From Thraustochytrium aureum (taxonomy: Eukaryota), in assembly GCA_012862495.1 (NCBI GenBank), contig BLSG01000025.1, positions 12,120-60,643 on the forward strand: 48,524 nucleotides of DNA, given 5' to 3'. The position numbers and the translations under genes were made by a program. Position 1 is the stretch's first letter. The number at the start of each line of letters is the position of its first letter. This document shows, piece after piece, positions 32,997 through 42,900 of this stretch. The notes under the pieces were generated by a model. That model was not told the DNA's origin. It ran no database searches and saw only the letters and a program-made list of their open reading frames with translations.

Positions 32997-35035
32997 ATGG
33001 CCGGGACCTTGTTGGAGCAGTTCAAACTGCAGCCGGGGGACGTGAATGGGTTCATCCAGCTCTTCTTCGACAACATGGCGACGATGCTCTCGCTCATCTT
33101 CTTTCTGCAGATCGTGCTGCGCGGGTTTTCAAACAGCGACCTTGTCGCGCTCGAGGAGGCCGGCGACTTTGCGCAGCTGTCTGAGATTTCGGCGTACATC
33201 GACGAGATTATCTACCAGCGCGCCATCCCTGGCATCGGGATCACGATGATCTTTGGCAACGTGTACTATACGTGGATGGGCGCCCGCCTGGGGCGCGACG
33301 AGGACCGGGCTGGCAAAGTCACCGCCCTGCCGTATGGCGTCAACACGCCCGGCGCATTCGTAAGTTGCTCTCAGAGCCCGCTGGCCGCTCGCTCGAGCCG
33401 CGCTGACCGGCCCGGGCCGTTGACTCGCAGGCCTTTCTCTTCTCCATTATCGGGCCTGCCGCTGCTAGCGCCGGAGCCGCCTGCGTTTTGCCGACCAACG
33501 AGCAGGAGGCAGACGCCTACGTCGAGTGCTGGAAGAACGCCGCGAACGCGGGCTGGTCCGCCGGCGTGGTGTCCAACTTTTTGGCGGGCATCATCAGCGT
33601 GCTGCTTGGGCTTCTGGGCAAGTATGTCCTGATTGTGAGCCCAGTCCTCTCGCTGCTGACGGCGCTTGCAGGCATCGGGTTTACCTTTCTCGGCCTCAAC
33701 CAGGTCTCGCAGTCGTTCTCGGAGCCTATCGCCGGGTTCCTCCCCCTCTTTCTCACAATCGCCGCCTACTTTGGCGAGGTCAATTTCGGGCCGCTGCCCA
33801 AGTCTGCTGTGATTGGCTTGGTGGGCGTCGCGCTCGGCTGGATGGACGGCGTTGTGACGGCGCAGGGCGTCACCGACTCGCTCACCAACGTCAAGCCCTG
33901 GGGCGTTGGCACTGGGTTTGCCGCGCTGAGCGACTGGTCTGCTGTCGGCGACTACATTGGCACCTTGTTTCCCGTCGCGCTGGCCGCGGCCGCCGGCACG
34001 CTGATGAACGTCATCAGCGCCGAGCAGGCGGGCGACAAGTACGGGGTTACCGAGACGATGATTAGCGATGGCATCGGCACCATGATCGGCGCTATTTTTG
34101 GCACGCCGTTCGGCACCTCGGTGTACATCGGCCACCCGGCCTACAAGAAAATGGGCGCCGGCATCATCTACTCGCTCATCAACTGCACGCTGTTCTTCCT
34201 CTTCGCCGTCTTTGGCATCTTTGCGCTGATCTCCGCCCTCGTGCCCAGCCAGGCCGTGGCCCCGCTTATCTTCTTCGTCGGCATGCTGATCTGCCAAGAG
34301 GCCATTGCGGCGGCGCCAGTGCGCCAGTACCCCTCGTTTCTCCTAGGCCTGTTTCCCTCGCTGACCGACTGGGCCGTCGTGGGCGGGCTCAGCCTGGGCG
34401 GCGTGGGCGGCAAGAACTACTTTGGTTTCGTCTCCATGTCCGTCGGCGCCCTGCTCCTGTCGCTAGTGCTTACGAGCATCAGCTACTTTACAATCGAGCG
34501 CGACTTCTTGCCAAGCGCAGGCTGGTGTACCGCGGGGGCCCTGCTCTCCGCGTTCGGGTTGCTGCACCAGAACGCGGCGACCGTTCAGGACTGGACGGCT
34601 CCGCAGTCTCTGTACTGCACCGTGATCGCGCTGAACCTGAACGAGTGCGAGGCTGGCAACGCGGCCGCGTCGTGCCCTTCCGGATATACACAGTGCGTCA
34701 ACACGTTCAACCCGTGCTTTTGCGCGCCGCTGAGCACTGTAAAGTGGCGATTCATGACGGCTTATCTCATGGTCGGCGCGACGATGATCATTTTCCACTT
34801 GTGCCAGCGCCGCGGCTGGGTCGATCCCATTGTGTCCACAGAGGTTCACGAGGCAGAGGAGCCAGAGATCGCAAAGTCCGAGACGATCAAGCTTGTGCGC
34901 CGTGTCAGCCAGACGAGCAGCCCGAGCGGTCTCGGTTCGCCACAGCCGCCAGCAGCGGGGTCCTCGGCGGCGATGCGGTCGGAGACCCAAATCGAGGAGG
35001 ATGGCATTGAGATCAAGTCGGTCACTGCGACCTAG
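32997..35035 (+). CDS. NCS2/AzgA-related xanthine/uracil/vitamin C permease; exons 32997-33359 and 33431-35035
   Basis: Motifs GDVNGFIQLFFDN, GNVYY, TALPYGVNTP, SAEQAGDKY, DGIGTMIGAIFGTPFGTSVYIGHPAYKKMGA and GALLSAFGLLH. There are more than 12 TM segments and splicing keeps the frame. Confidence 0.9.
33360..33430 (+). other. Spliceosomal intron (71 bp, phase 0) in the permease
   Basis: GTAAGT...TTGACTCGCAG. Removal joins NTPGAF to AFLFSIIGP. Confidence 0.9.
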
Positions 35036-35482
35036 TCGTCTTGGGCTGGTCTTTTTCGGTTGGCATCCGCCGTTGGAGCGTCTCGCCCGTCAGCTGCTCG
35101 AGCTCTCCAGCAGCGAGTCAGACAGAGAGAGAGAGAGAGGNNNNNNNNNNNNNNNNNNNNNNNNNNNNNNNNNNNNNNNNNNNNNNNNNNNNNNNNNNNN
35201 NNNNNNNNNNNNNNNNNNNNNNNNNNNNNNNNNNNNNNNNNNNNNNNNNNNNNNNNNNNNNNNNNNNNNNNNNNNNNNNNNNNNNNNNNNNNNNNNNNNN
35301 NNNNNNNNNNNNNNNNNNNNNNNNNNNNNNNNNNNNNNNNNNNNNNNNNNNNNNNNNNNNNNNNNNNNNNNNNNNNNNNNNNNNNNNNNNNNNNNNNNNN
35401 NNNNNNNNNNNNNCCTTGCCCCGGGTCCTCAAACGCGCTTCTCAAGGACGAGCAATTTTGACAAATCCATCTCGTTCTCTAT

Positions 35483-36088
35483 TCATAGGTTGCCGGCCGC
35501 TGCCATCGCGTCCGCAAAGGCAGTTTCCGCTGATGCCCGCTTCGGGTAAGACCGAGAGATCTGCTTGTCGAGCTGCGCGAACTTGGTGCGGCCAATGTTC
35601 CATCCATAATCTTGCGCCGAGCTGACTGGGAGGACAAACTTTTCGCGAGGCGCATACTTGAGCCGCTCGTTGCGAAGGTTGGCTTCCTTGAGCTCGCCAA
35701 ATGAATGATGCTCGACCGCAGTGTACTCCTTTGCTTCACAGATCTGCTTGGTCTCTTCGCGGGCGTTCAGCACGGCCTCGACGAAGTCGTCTTCATGGAT
35801 GTCCATGTCAGGCGAAGGGTTTCCGAGCGCCTCCGAGATGAGGCGCTCGTCATCCAGCCCAATCAGGGGGCCCTCGTAGAGGTTTCGCAGAAACTCCTGG
35901 ATCTTTTCCAGCTTGATCGAGGTCGGGATGGACTGGTTTTTCTTGGGGCGCCGCCGCCCGAGGACGGTCCGGCGAAACGCGTCGCGAACGTCAGCCTCAA
36001 CGAAGAGTGTCAGGTTGACGCCGTGCGCGGAGGAGTTGTCGCGGAAATACTGCTGCTCGCCGAGCTGCGTCAGCCCGAAGAAGGCCAT
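35483..36088 (-). CDS. TEX49/SPMIP11-like axonemal microtubule inner protein with EF-hand-like insert
   Basis: N-terminus MAFFGLTQLGEQQYF and C-terminal HHSFGELKEA...PREKFVLPVSSAQDYGW...YPKRASAETAFADAM resemble the TEX49 family as recalled. The middle region IKLEKIQEFLRNLY...DIHEDDFVEAV is EF-hand-like. Confidence 0.68.
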   Translation of the reverse strand: MAFFGLTQLGEQQYFRDNSSAHGVNLTLFVEADVRDAFRRTVLGRRRPKKNQSIPTSIKLEKIQEFLRNLYEGPLIGLDDERLISEALGNPSPDMDIHEDDFVEAVLNAREETKQICEAKEYTAVEHHSFGELKEANLRNERLKYAPREKFVLPVSSAQDYGWNIGRTKFAQLDKQISRSYPKRASAETAFADAMAAAGNL

Positions 36089-36197
36089 CGCTGCTGTCTG
36101 TGTTGCGGTGCTAGCCAAGCAGCGGGCAGAGCTGCTTGCATGCGTTCGCTTCGGTCTTCAGTCTGCCTCTCGACGAAGCGCACCCTGCCACTACTTC

Positions 36198-36234
36198 GCG
36201 GTCCAGCGGTCCAGCGGTCCAGCGGTCCAGCGGT
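36198..36234. repeat. (GCGGTCCA)x4.6 tandem repeat
   Basis: Perfect 8-bp units at 36198, 36206, 36214 and 36222. Confidence 0.92.
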
Positions 36235-36336
36235 TGGGGTCTGCCTCGCGCCGCGAAATCGCGCTCACACGATCGAACGGACCCAACGGATATCTTATCC
36301 GTCCGTCGTAATTATAACCCGAGTGGCTGGCTGCAA

Positions 36337-36480
36337 CCAGCAACCAGCACTGGCAGCAAGCAGCACTGGCAGCAAGCAGCACCAGCGCGCAGCACCAGCG
36401 CGCAGCACTAGCGCGCAGCACTAGCGGGCAGCTCTGGCAGCGGGCAGCGCTAGCGGGCAGCTCCGGCAGCGCGCAGCACT
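36337..36480. repeat. Degenerate CAGCAC/CAGCGCG-rich tandem repeats
   Basis: CAGCACTGGCAGCAAG x2, CAGCAC(C/T)AGCGCG x3-4 and GGCAGCGG-type units. Confidence 0.8.
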
Positions 36481-37485
36481 CCACATCGACGCAACGAACA
36501 GCTCTTTGCTCCGGTACTTGCGCTCGCACTTTTCGAGCGAGAGCCCAGAGACAACTCTGCCGGCGTAAGAGCGTAACAACGACAGCACGGCGCGCCTCCT
36601 CACAGCAGGCCGGTGGCGCGGAGCATCCACTTTCCAGCGCACACGAGCGGGCCTCCCATCGCCGTCAGAGGGGCAAGCCGCAGCCCCTCTCCCGCGCCCT
36701 CCGCCACGGAGAACCCGCCGCTCCACGACCGCCTCACAGGCCGCGCTCTTTCGCATGCCTTCCCGCATCATCGCGCTCAAGACCACGCACGCAATGCGCT
36801 CCTCCGCACAGCGTGCACTCAGAAGTGCATATTGCCCGAGAGGTTGAGTGAGCGCTCTGCTGTACTACTACTTGCTGCTGCGCTGCTGCGCTGTTCAAGT
36901 TGGGCCACGGAGGAGAGTGAGTGCCTGAGTGAGTGCCTGAGTGCCTGAGTGAGTCATAGCTGTTGCACGACAGACCACGAACGAAAAGAGGCGCCGCCGC
37001 CGCCGCCGCNNNNNNNNNNNNNNNNNNNNNNNNNNNNNNNNNNNNNNNNNNNNNNNNNNNNNNNNNNNNNNNNNNNNNNNNNNNNNNNNNNNNNNNNNNN
37101 NNNNNNNNNNNNNNNNNNNNNNNNNNNNNNNNNNNNNNNNNNNNNNNNNNNNNNNNNNNNNNNNNNNNNNNNNNNNNNNNNNNNNNNNNNNNNNNNNNNN
37201 NNNNNNNNNNNNNNNNNNNNNNNNNNNNNNNNNNNNNNNNNNNNNNNNNNNNNNNNNNNNNNNNNNNNNNNNNNNNNNNNNNNNNNNNNNNNNNNNNNNN
37301 NNNNNNNNNNNNNNNNNNNNNNNNNNNNNNNNNNNNNNNNNNNNNNNNNNNNNNNNNNNNNNNNNNNNNNNNNNNNNNNNNNNNNNNNNNNNNNNNNNNN
37401 NNNNNNNNNNNNNNNNNNNNNNNNNNNNNNNNNNNNNNNNNNNNNNNNNNNNNNNNNNNNNNNNNNNNNNNNNNNNNNNNNNNNN

Positions 37486-39567
37486 CACCCACACCCGCCG
37501 AGCCGCCGACGCCGAAGAGCGCCACCGGCACTCCCGCGCACCCCACCAAACAGAGGCACAAGCCCGCGTCGGTCGCGCTGGACCAGGTCAGCATGCAGAC
37601 CAAGCTTGGCGGCATCATCGACACAAACTCGCGCGCCATGCAGGGCCAGCTCGCGTCCGCCGGAGACGGCGAGTCCTCAAACAGCTCAGGCGAGTCCTCT
37701 GACGGCAGCTCGGCGCCGTCGAGCCCAGAGTCGCGCGACAGGCTCGAGAGCCTCAAGAGCGGGGCGGCGCAAAGGCGCAACTCGCCAGCAACGGGCCGGC
37801 AGGCGACCGCGCGCCAAGCCGCGGCGCTTCAGCCTGTCGAGGCATGTGAGCGACTGCTTGCTCCTCGTTGGTGGCGAGGAGGAGCAGGAGATCATCCGGA
37901 CGCTCAAGACCAAGACGCGGCGCCCGGTCTCGGCGCGGCCTATCTCAACAGCGACGGACGTCTCCAACTTTTCTGCGGGGTCTGCCAAGTCCAGCGTGTT
38001 TGCGCCAAAGCAAGGCGCGGCGGCCCGTACACGAGCTGCCCGGCCCCCGAGCGGGGACACCAAAGAGCGATTCATGCTCACGATGCAGGGGTACATGTAC
38101 AAGTCGCCCCCGCAGCAGAAACGACTGAGCCGGTGGCGCAACAGGTACTTTACGCTAGCCGGACCGCTGCTCTCCTATCGGAAAAAGCCCGAGACCTCCA
38201 CGTCGCGGCTGATCGACCTGAAGGGCGCCACTGCGGAGGCGATCACCATGGAGGGCAAGTCGCGCAAGGGCAAGTACGAGATCCGCGTCAAGCCGAAGAT
38301 GTCGAAGCGCGTGTACCGGCTGCGGTGCAAGTCGAAGAGGCAGGCGCTCGAGTGGTATGTAGCTATCCTCAACAACATCAAGGTGGCGGACAAGGAAGGC
38401 GACGTGGCGCGCCTCGAAAAGCGCCGCCGCGAGAAGGACGCGGCCAAGTCGCGCAAGGACACTGGCTGGGTGCCGCCCGAGGAGCGCTCGCGCGTCGGCG
38501 AGGACATTGCCCGCGTGCTGGGCGAGGAGGACATTTTCAGCAACTACAAGGCCCTCGGCGTCTCGGTCACGGCCAGCTCGGCCATGATTAAGAAGAAGTA
38601 CCGCGAGCTGGCTCGCGAATACCACCCGGACAAGAACCGCGACACGGACATCACTCGCTTTGCCGAGATCGCCCGCGCTTTCGAGGTGCTCCAGTCCGCA
38701 GAGTCGCGCAAGCCCTACGACTTGTGCGAGCGGGTCAAGACCCTCTTCCGCAAGGGCGTTCTCTTCACGATGCACGAGGAGGACACGGCCCCGTACGAGG
38801 TCGTCATGTTCATGGACGCGGAGTTCAAGTACCTGTTCTGGCAGGACCCGAGCTTTGGCAGTGTGCTGGCGCCGGGGCACAAGTTTGTGCACCTGCGCTT
38901 CATCCAGGAGATCCTCGCGGGGAGCGACGGATTTTATGCCCCCCGGGAAGGCGGACTGCTGCCTGACCATGCGTGGCGCTCGACTCGGCTGCACGGTNNN
39001 NNNNNNNNNNNNNNNNNNNNNNNNNNNNNNNNNNNNNNNNNNNNNNNNNNNNNNNNNNNNNNNNNNNNNNNNNNNNNNNNNNNNNNNNNNNNNNNNNNNN
39101 NNNNNNNNNNNNNNNNNNNNNNNNNNNNNNNNNNNNNNNNNNNNNNNNNNNNNNNNNNNNNNNNNNNNNNNNNNNNNNNNNNNNNNNNNNNNNNNNNNNN
39201 NNNNNNNNNNNNNNNNNNNNNNNNNNNNNNNNNNNNNNNNNNNNNNNNNNNNNNNNNNNNNNNNNNNNNNNNNNNNNNNNNNNNNNNNNNNNNNNNNNNN
39301 NNNNNNNNNNNNNNNNNNNNNNNNNNNNNNNNNNNNNNNNNNNNNNNNNNNNNNNNNNNNNNNNNNNNNNNNNNNNNNNNNNNNNNNNNNNNNNNNNNNN
39401 NNNNNNNNNNNNNNNNNNNNNNNNNNNNNNNNNNNNNNNNNNNNNNNNNNNNNNNNNNNNNNNNNNNNNNNNNNNNNNNNNNCGACGGCCTTCGCGTTCT
39501 GCGGTGCCGCTTTAGCGAGCTGTTCAAGCAGCGCCTCGAGCAGCTCCAGGAGGAGGGGCTGCGCTGA
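37486..39567 (+). CDS. PH domain - DnaJ J-domain - second PH-like domain protein (5' end in gap; frameshift near 37791)
   Basis: PH: QGYMYKSP...WRNRYFTL...LSYRK...IDLKGA...EWYVAILNNI. J domain: YKALGV...IKKKYRELAREYHPDKN...FAEIARAFEVL...RKPYD. Then LFRKGVLFTMH...LFWQ...LRFIQEILAG...DGLRVL, resembling a PLC/Num1-type PH domain. Confidence 0.82.
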   Translation, partial: HPHPPSRRRRRAPPALPRTPPNRGTSPRRSRWTRSACRPSLAASSTQTRAPCRASSRPPETASPQTAQASPLTAARRRRAQSRATGSRASRAGRRKGATRQQRAGRRPRAKPRRFSLSRHVSDCLLLVGGEEEQEIIRTLKTKTRRPVSARPISTATDVSNFSAGSAKSSVFAPKQGAAARTRAARPPSGDTKERFMLTMQGYMYKSPPQQKRLSRWRNRYFTLAGPLLSYRKKPETSTSRLIDLKGATAEAITMEGKSRKGKYEIRVKPKMSKRVYRLRCKSKRQALEWYVAILNNIKVADKEGDVARLEKRRREKDAAKSRKDTGWVPPEERSRVGEDIARVLGEEDIFSNYKALGVSVTASSAMIKKKYRELAREYHPDKNRDTDITRFAEIARAFEVLQSAESRKPYDLCERVKTLFRKGVLFTMHEEDTAPYEVVMFMDAEFKYLFWQDPSFGSVLAPGHKFVHLRFIQEILAGSDGFYAPREGGLLPDHAWRSTRLHGXXXXXXXXXXXXXXXXXXXXXXXXXXXXXXXXXXXXXXXXXXXXXXXXXXXXXXXXXXXXXXXXXXXXXXXXXXXXXXXXXXXXXXXXXXXXXXXXXXXXXXXXXXXXXXXXXXXXXXXXXXXXXXXXXXXXXXXXXXXXXXXXXXXXXXXXXXXXXXXXXXDGLRVLRCRFSELFKQRLEQLQEEGLR

Positions 39568-39786
39568 AAAACTAGATAGATAGAAACAACGGCGCGGGGG
39601 TGCCGGGTGCCGTGCCGCTACCTCGGGTCCGCTGGGGCGGCCTGTGACCTGCAGCGGTGCCGGGTTTCCCCGATCTGTTCCCGGTGGGGCGCCGCGCCAA
39701 GCGGGATTCGCACCGCGGAAACATTTTGATTGAAAATCACTTTAATCACTTGACTTGGTTCCTTCCAAAGTTGGAAACCCGCAGCA

Positions 39787-39892
39787 ACGCGCGACAGCAC
39801 CAGCACAGTGTACGCGCGACAGCACCAGCACAGTGTACGCGCGACAGCACCAGCACAGTGTACGCGCGACAGCACCAGCACAGTGTACGCGC
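39787..39892. repeat. Perfect 25-bp minisatellite x4.2 (ACGCGCGACAGCACCAGCACAGTGT)
   Basis: Identical units start at 39787, 39812, 39837 and 39862, with a partial unit at 39887. Confidence 0.97.
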
Positions 39893-39903
39893 TCCAGCGG
39901 CGA

Positions 39904-42900
39904 CTACTTTGAAGCCGCACCGTGCGACAGTGACGCGATCTCCTCTTCAAGCAAGTCCAGATACGCTTCAATGTCGCCCATGCCTCGAACGATCCGCTTC
40001 TCGTCGTTCATGTACGTGTGCTTGTGCAACTTGAGGGCCTTTTGCTCCAGCTCGTCTGTGTAAATGCAGCTCGGCCACTCCGCGCCCCACTCCGCTCCAA
40101 ATAAAGGCACGAGGCCACCATCGTGATCTGAGGCCTGCACAAACACCTCGCCGCTCTTGAAGTCGAAACGAAACGTTGGCTGGATGGCCTTAATGGGCGG
40201 CTCGACCACACTTTCGGCCACTCGAGCGAGGCGTCCAGACTCAGCGCGGACCGCTCCGCGTGAAAAGGCCTCGCGCGCGGCGCGGACCCTGCTGCCCGAG
40301 TCGACTTTGGGTAGAGCGCTTCCCGCTTCGTCTTCGTCGCTGTCCCAGGTCGTCTCGCCGTGCAACATTTCACGACCGCGGAGGGACGTCGAAAACTTGT
40401 CAACCGCGCTCCTGAACGAAGTTGCTCGCGAACGTGTGACGTCTCCCTCGTCCTGCTCGGCGGCTTGCGACCCATCCTCGGCGACGTTGCCAGTTGGACT
40501 CGCACCGCGGGAACCTGCGCCGGTGCTTTCGTCGCTCGCTGTCTTGCCAGGATTCTCCGACAAGGCCCCCTTTGCGTCGCTCCCATTTGTTTGGTCCACC
40601 ATCGAGTCCTCGTCGGTGTTGTCATCGAGGCGGCCATGTGGCTTGCCCTGGTCGCTTGGCGAGAGGCTCGTTGCCGAGCGTTGGCCGTCGCTCGGGCTTT
40701 CAGCGCTGTCGGGGCGAGATATCCTGTCGAGACTGTCGCGTCGGGCGCGAACGAGGGACCGGTTGCTCAGGTGTTCTGATTTTAGCCTCGTGATGCGTTC
40801 TCGGATCGAGGACCCGACCTTGTCGCTTTTCAGCGAGAAGGCGTCTTCCGGGTTCGACCCTGCCGAGGGCACGCTCCGCGGCGAAGAGTTGGAGGAGCGC
40901 GTTGAGCCCGTTGCGTCCTCAGCGGCTGCACCGACAAGGGCGGGGCGCGCAGACGAGCCAGCTGGAGTTGCGGCTGTCTCGACCGGACCTGCCTGCAAGC
41001 CACGCCTGCTAGCAAGTGAAGCAGCGTCCAGCTGGGCTTGCGCCTTGGCCCAGGAAGGCGGGGGGAGCTTGGCGGTTCGGGGCCTGTCTGCGCTGGCGTT
41101 TCTTCCGCGATTGAGCCGCTCGCCGCGCCCTCAGCTCTCGCGCCCTCGTCGCCTGGCACTGCTATTGGATATGCCTCGGCTAGTGGGCTTGGGCCTCCGT
41201 CGCGCCCCGCGCCGTCCTTCGCCGTGCTTGGCACCGGCTTGTCGTCTACTAAACCAGCGTCGCTTGTCTTCGCCGCACTTGGCCGCGTGCTTTCTACACA
41301 GCTGTCTTGGTTTTCGAGCGCAGTGGAGCCTACCTCACTCCGTCTGTCGACAGCAGCACCCTCGAAGCTCTCGCGAGCAGCTGTTCCGCGTCGGGCCGCC
41401 TCGTGCGAGTCTTCGCTTCCTCCGGTCGCACACGGGTCGACGCTTTCGCGCAGCGATGCTTTCGCGTCCTCATAGCCTTCCTGCGAAACGTCGCTTTGGC
41501 CAGACGTGTGTGAATCGACGCTCTCGCGCCTAGGTGCGTCCGCTTCCTCGTCCTTGGAGTGNNNNNNNNNNNNNNNNNNNNNNNNNNNNNNNNNNNNNNN
41601 NNNNNNNNNNNNNNNNNNNNNNNNNNNNNNNNNNNNNNNNNNNNNNNNNNNNNNNNNNNNNNNNNNNNNNNNNNNNNNNNNNNNNNNNNNNNNNNNNNNN
41701 NNNNNNNNNNNNNNNNNNNNNNNNNNNNNNNNNNNNNNNNNNNNNNNNNNNNNNNNNNNNNNNNNNNNNNNNNNNNNNNNNNNNNNNNNNNNNNNNNNNN
41801 NNNNNNNNNNNNNNNNNNNNNNNNNNNNNNNNNNNNNNNNNNNNNNNNNNNNNNNNNNNNNNNNNNNNNNNNNNNNNNNNNNNNNNNNNNNNNNNNNNNN
41901 NNNNNNNNNNNNNNNNNNNNNNNNNNNNNNNNNNNNNNNNNNNNNNNNNNNNNNNNNNNNNNNNNNNNNNNNNNNNNNNNNNNNNNNNNNNNNNNNNNNN
42001 NNNNNNNNNNNNNNNNNNNNNNNNNNNNNNNNNNNNNNNNNNNNNNNNNNNNNNNNNNNNNNNNNNNNNNNNNNNNNNNNNNNNNNNNNNNNNNNNNNNN
42101 NNNNNNNNNNNNNNNNNNNNNNNNNNNNNNNNNNNNNNNNNNNNNNNNNNNNNNNNNNNNNNNNNNNNNNNNNNNNNNNNNNNNNNNNNNNNNNNNNNNN
42201 NNNNNNNNNNNNNNNNNNNNNNNNNNNNNNNNNNNNNNNNNNNNNNNNNNNNNNNNNNNNNNNNNNNNNNNNNNNNNNNNNNNNNNNNNNNNNNNNNNNN
42301 NNNNNNNNNNNNNNNNNNNNNNNNNNNNNNNNNNNNNNNNNNNNNNNNNNNNNNNNNNNNNNNNNNNNNNNNNNNNNNNNNNNNNNNNNNNNNNNNNNNN
42401 NNNNNNNNNNNNNNNNNNNNNNNNNNNNNNNNNNNNNNNNNNNNNNNNNNNNNNNNNNNNNNNNNNNNNNNNNNNNNNNNNNNNNNNNNNNNNNNNNNNN
42501 NNNNNNNNNNNNNNNNNNNNNNNNNNNNNNNGAGACTGTGGCGTCTTGGTGCGTCTGCTATGCCGTTTTTGGAGTGACCTTCTTCCTCGGACTCGTGCGA
42601 ATAAAGGCCGTCGCGAGTCACTTTTTGCAGCCCAACTTTCTCTTCGCCATGCTGCGATGCCTCCTCCTTCTCCTCCTCCTCGCCGTCGGCAGCGCTTTGC
42701 TTATCAACGTGGCTGGCCCCGGTCTGGCTCTGAGCGCGTCGTGTGGCCTCGTCCTCGGATGAGTCGTCCGACTCGGTAACCGTTGTCACGACAGAGAACG
42801 CAGGCTGCGCTGTGCCATACATATGGATCGCCTCCGAGTCGGTGCTTGCTGCAAACGAGCGGGACTTGTGACTTCGCGAAGGCGGCTGCGTGCTTCGCCA

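Noticed and set aside
39787..39892. CRISPR-like 25-bp repeats
   Set aside because: Head-to-tail minisatellite with no spacers.
40157..41533. 458-aa plus-strand ORF and similar long antisense ORFs throughout the window
   Set aside because: Shadow ORFs of GC-rich coding sequence on the opposite strand, with no motifs.
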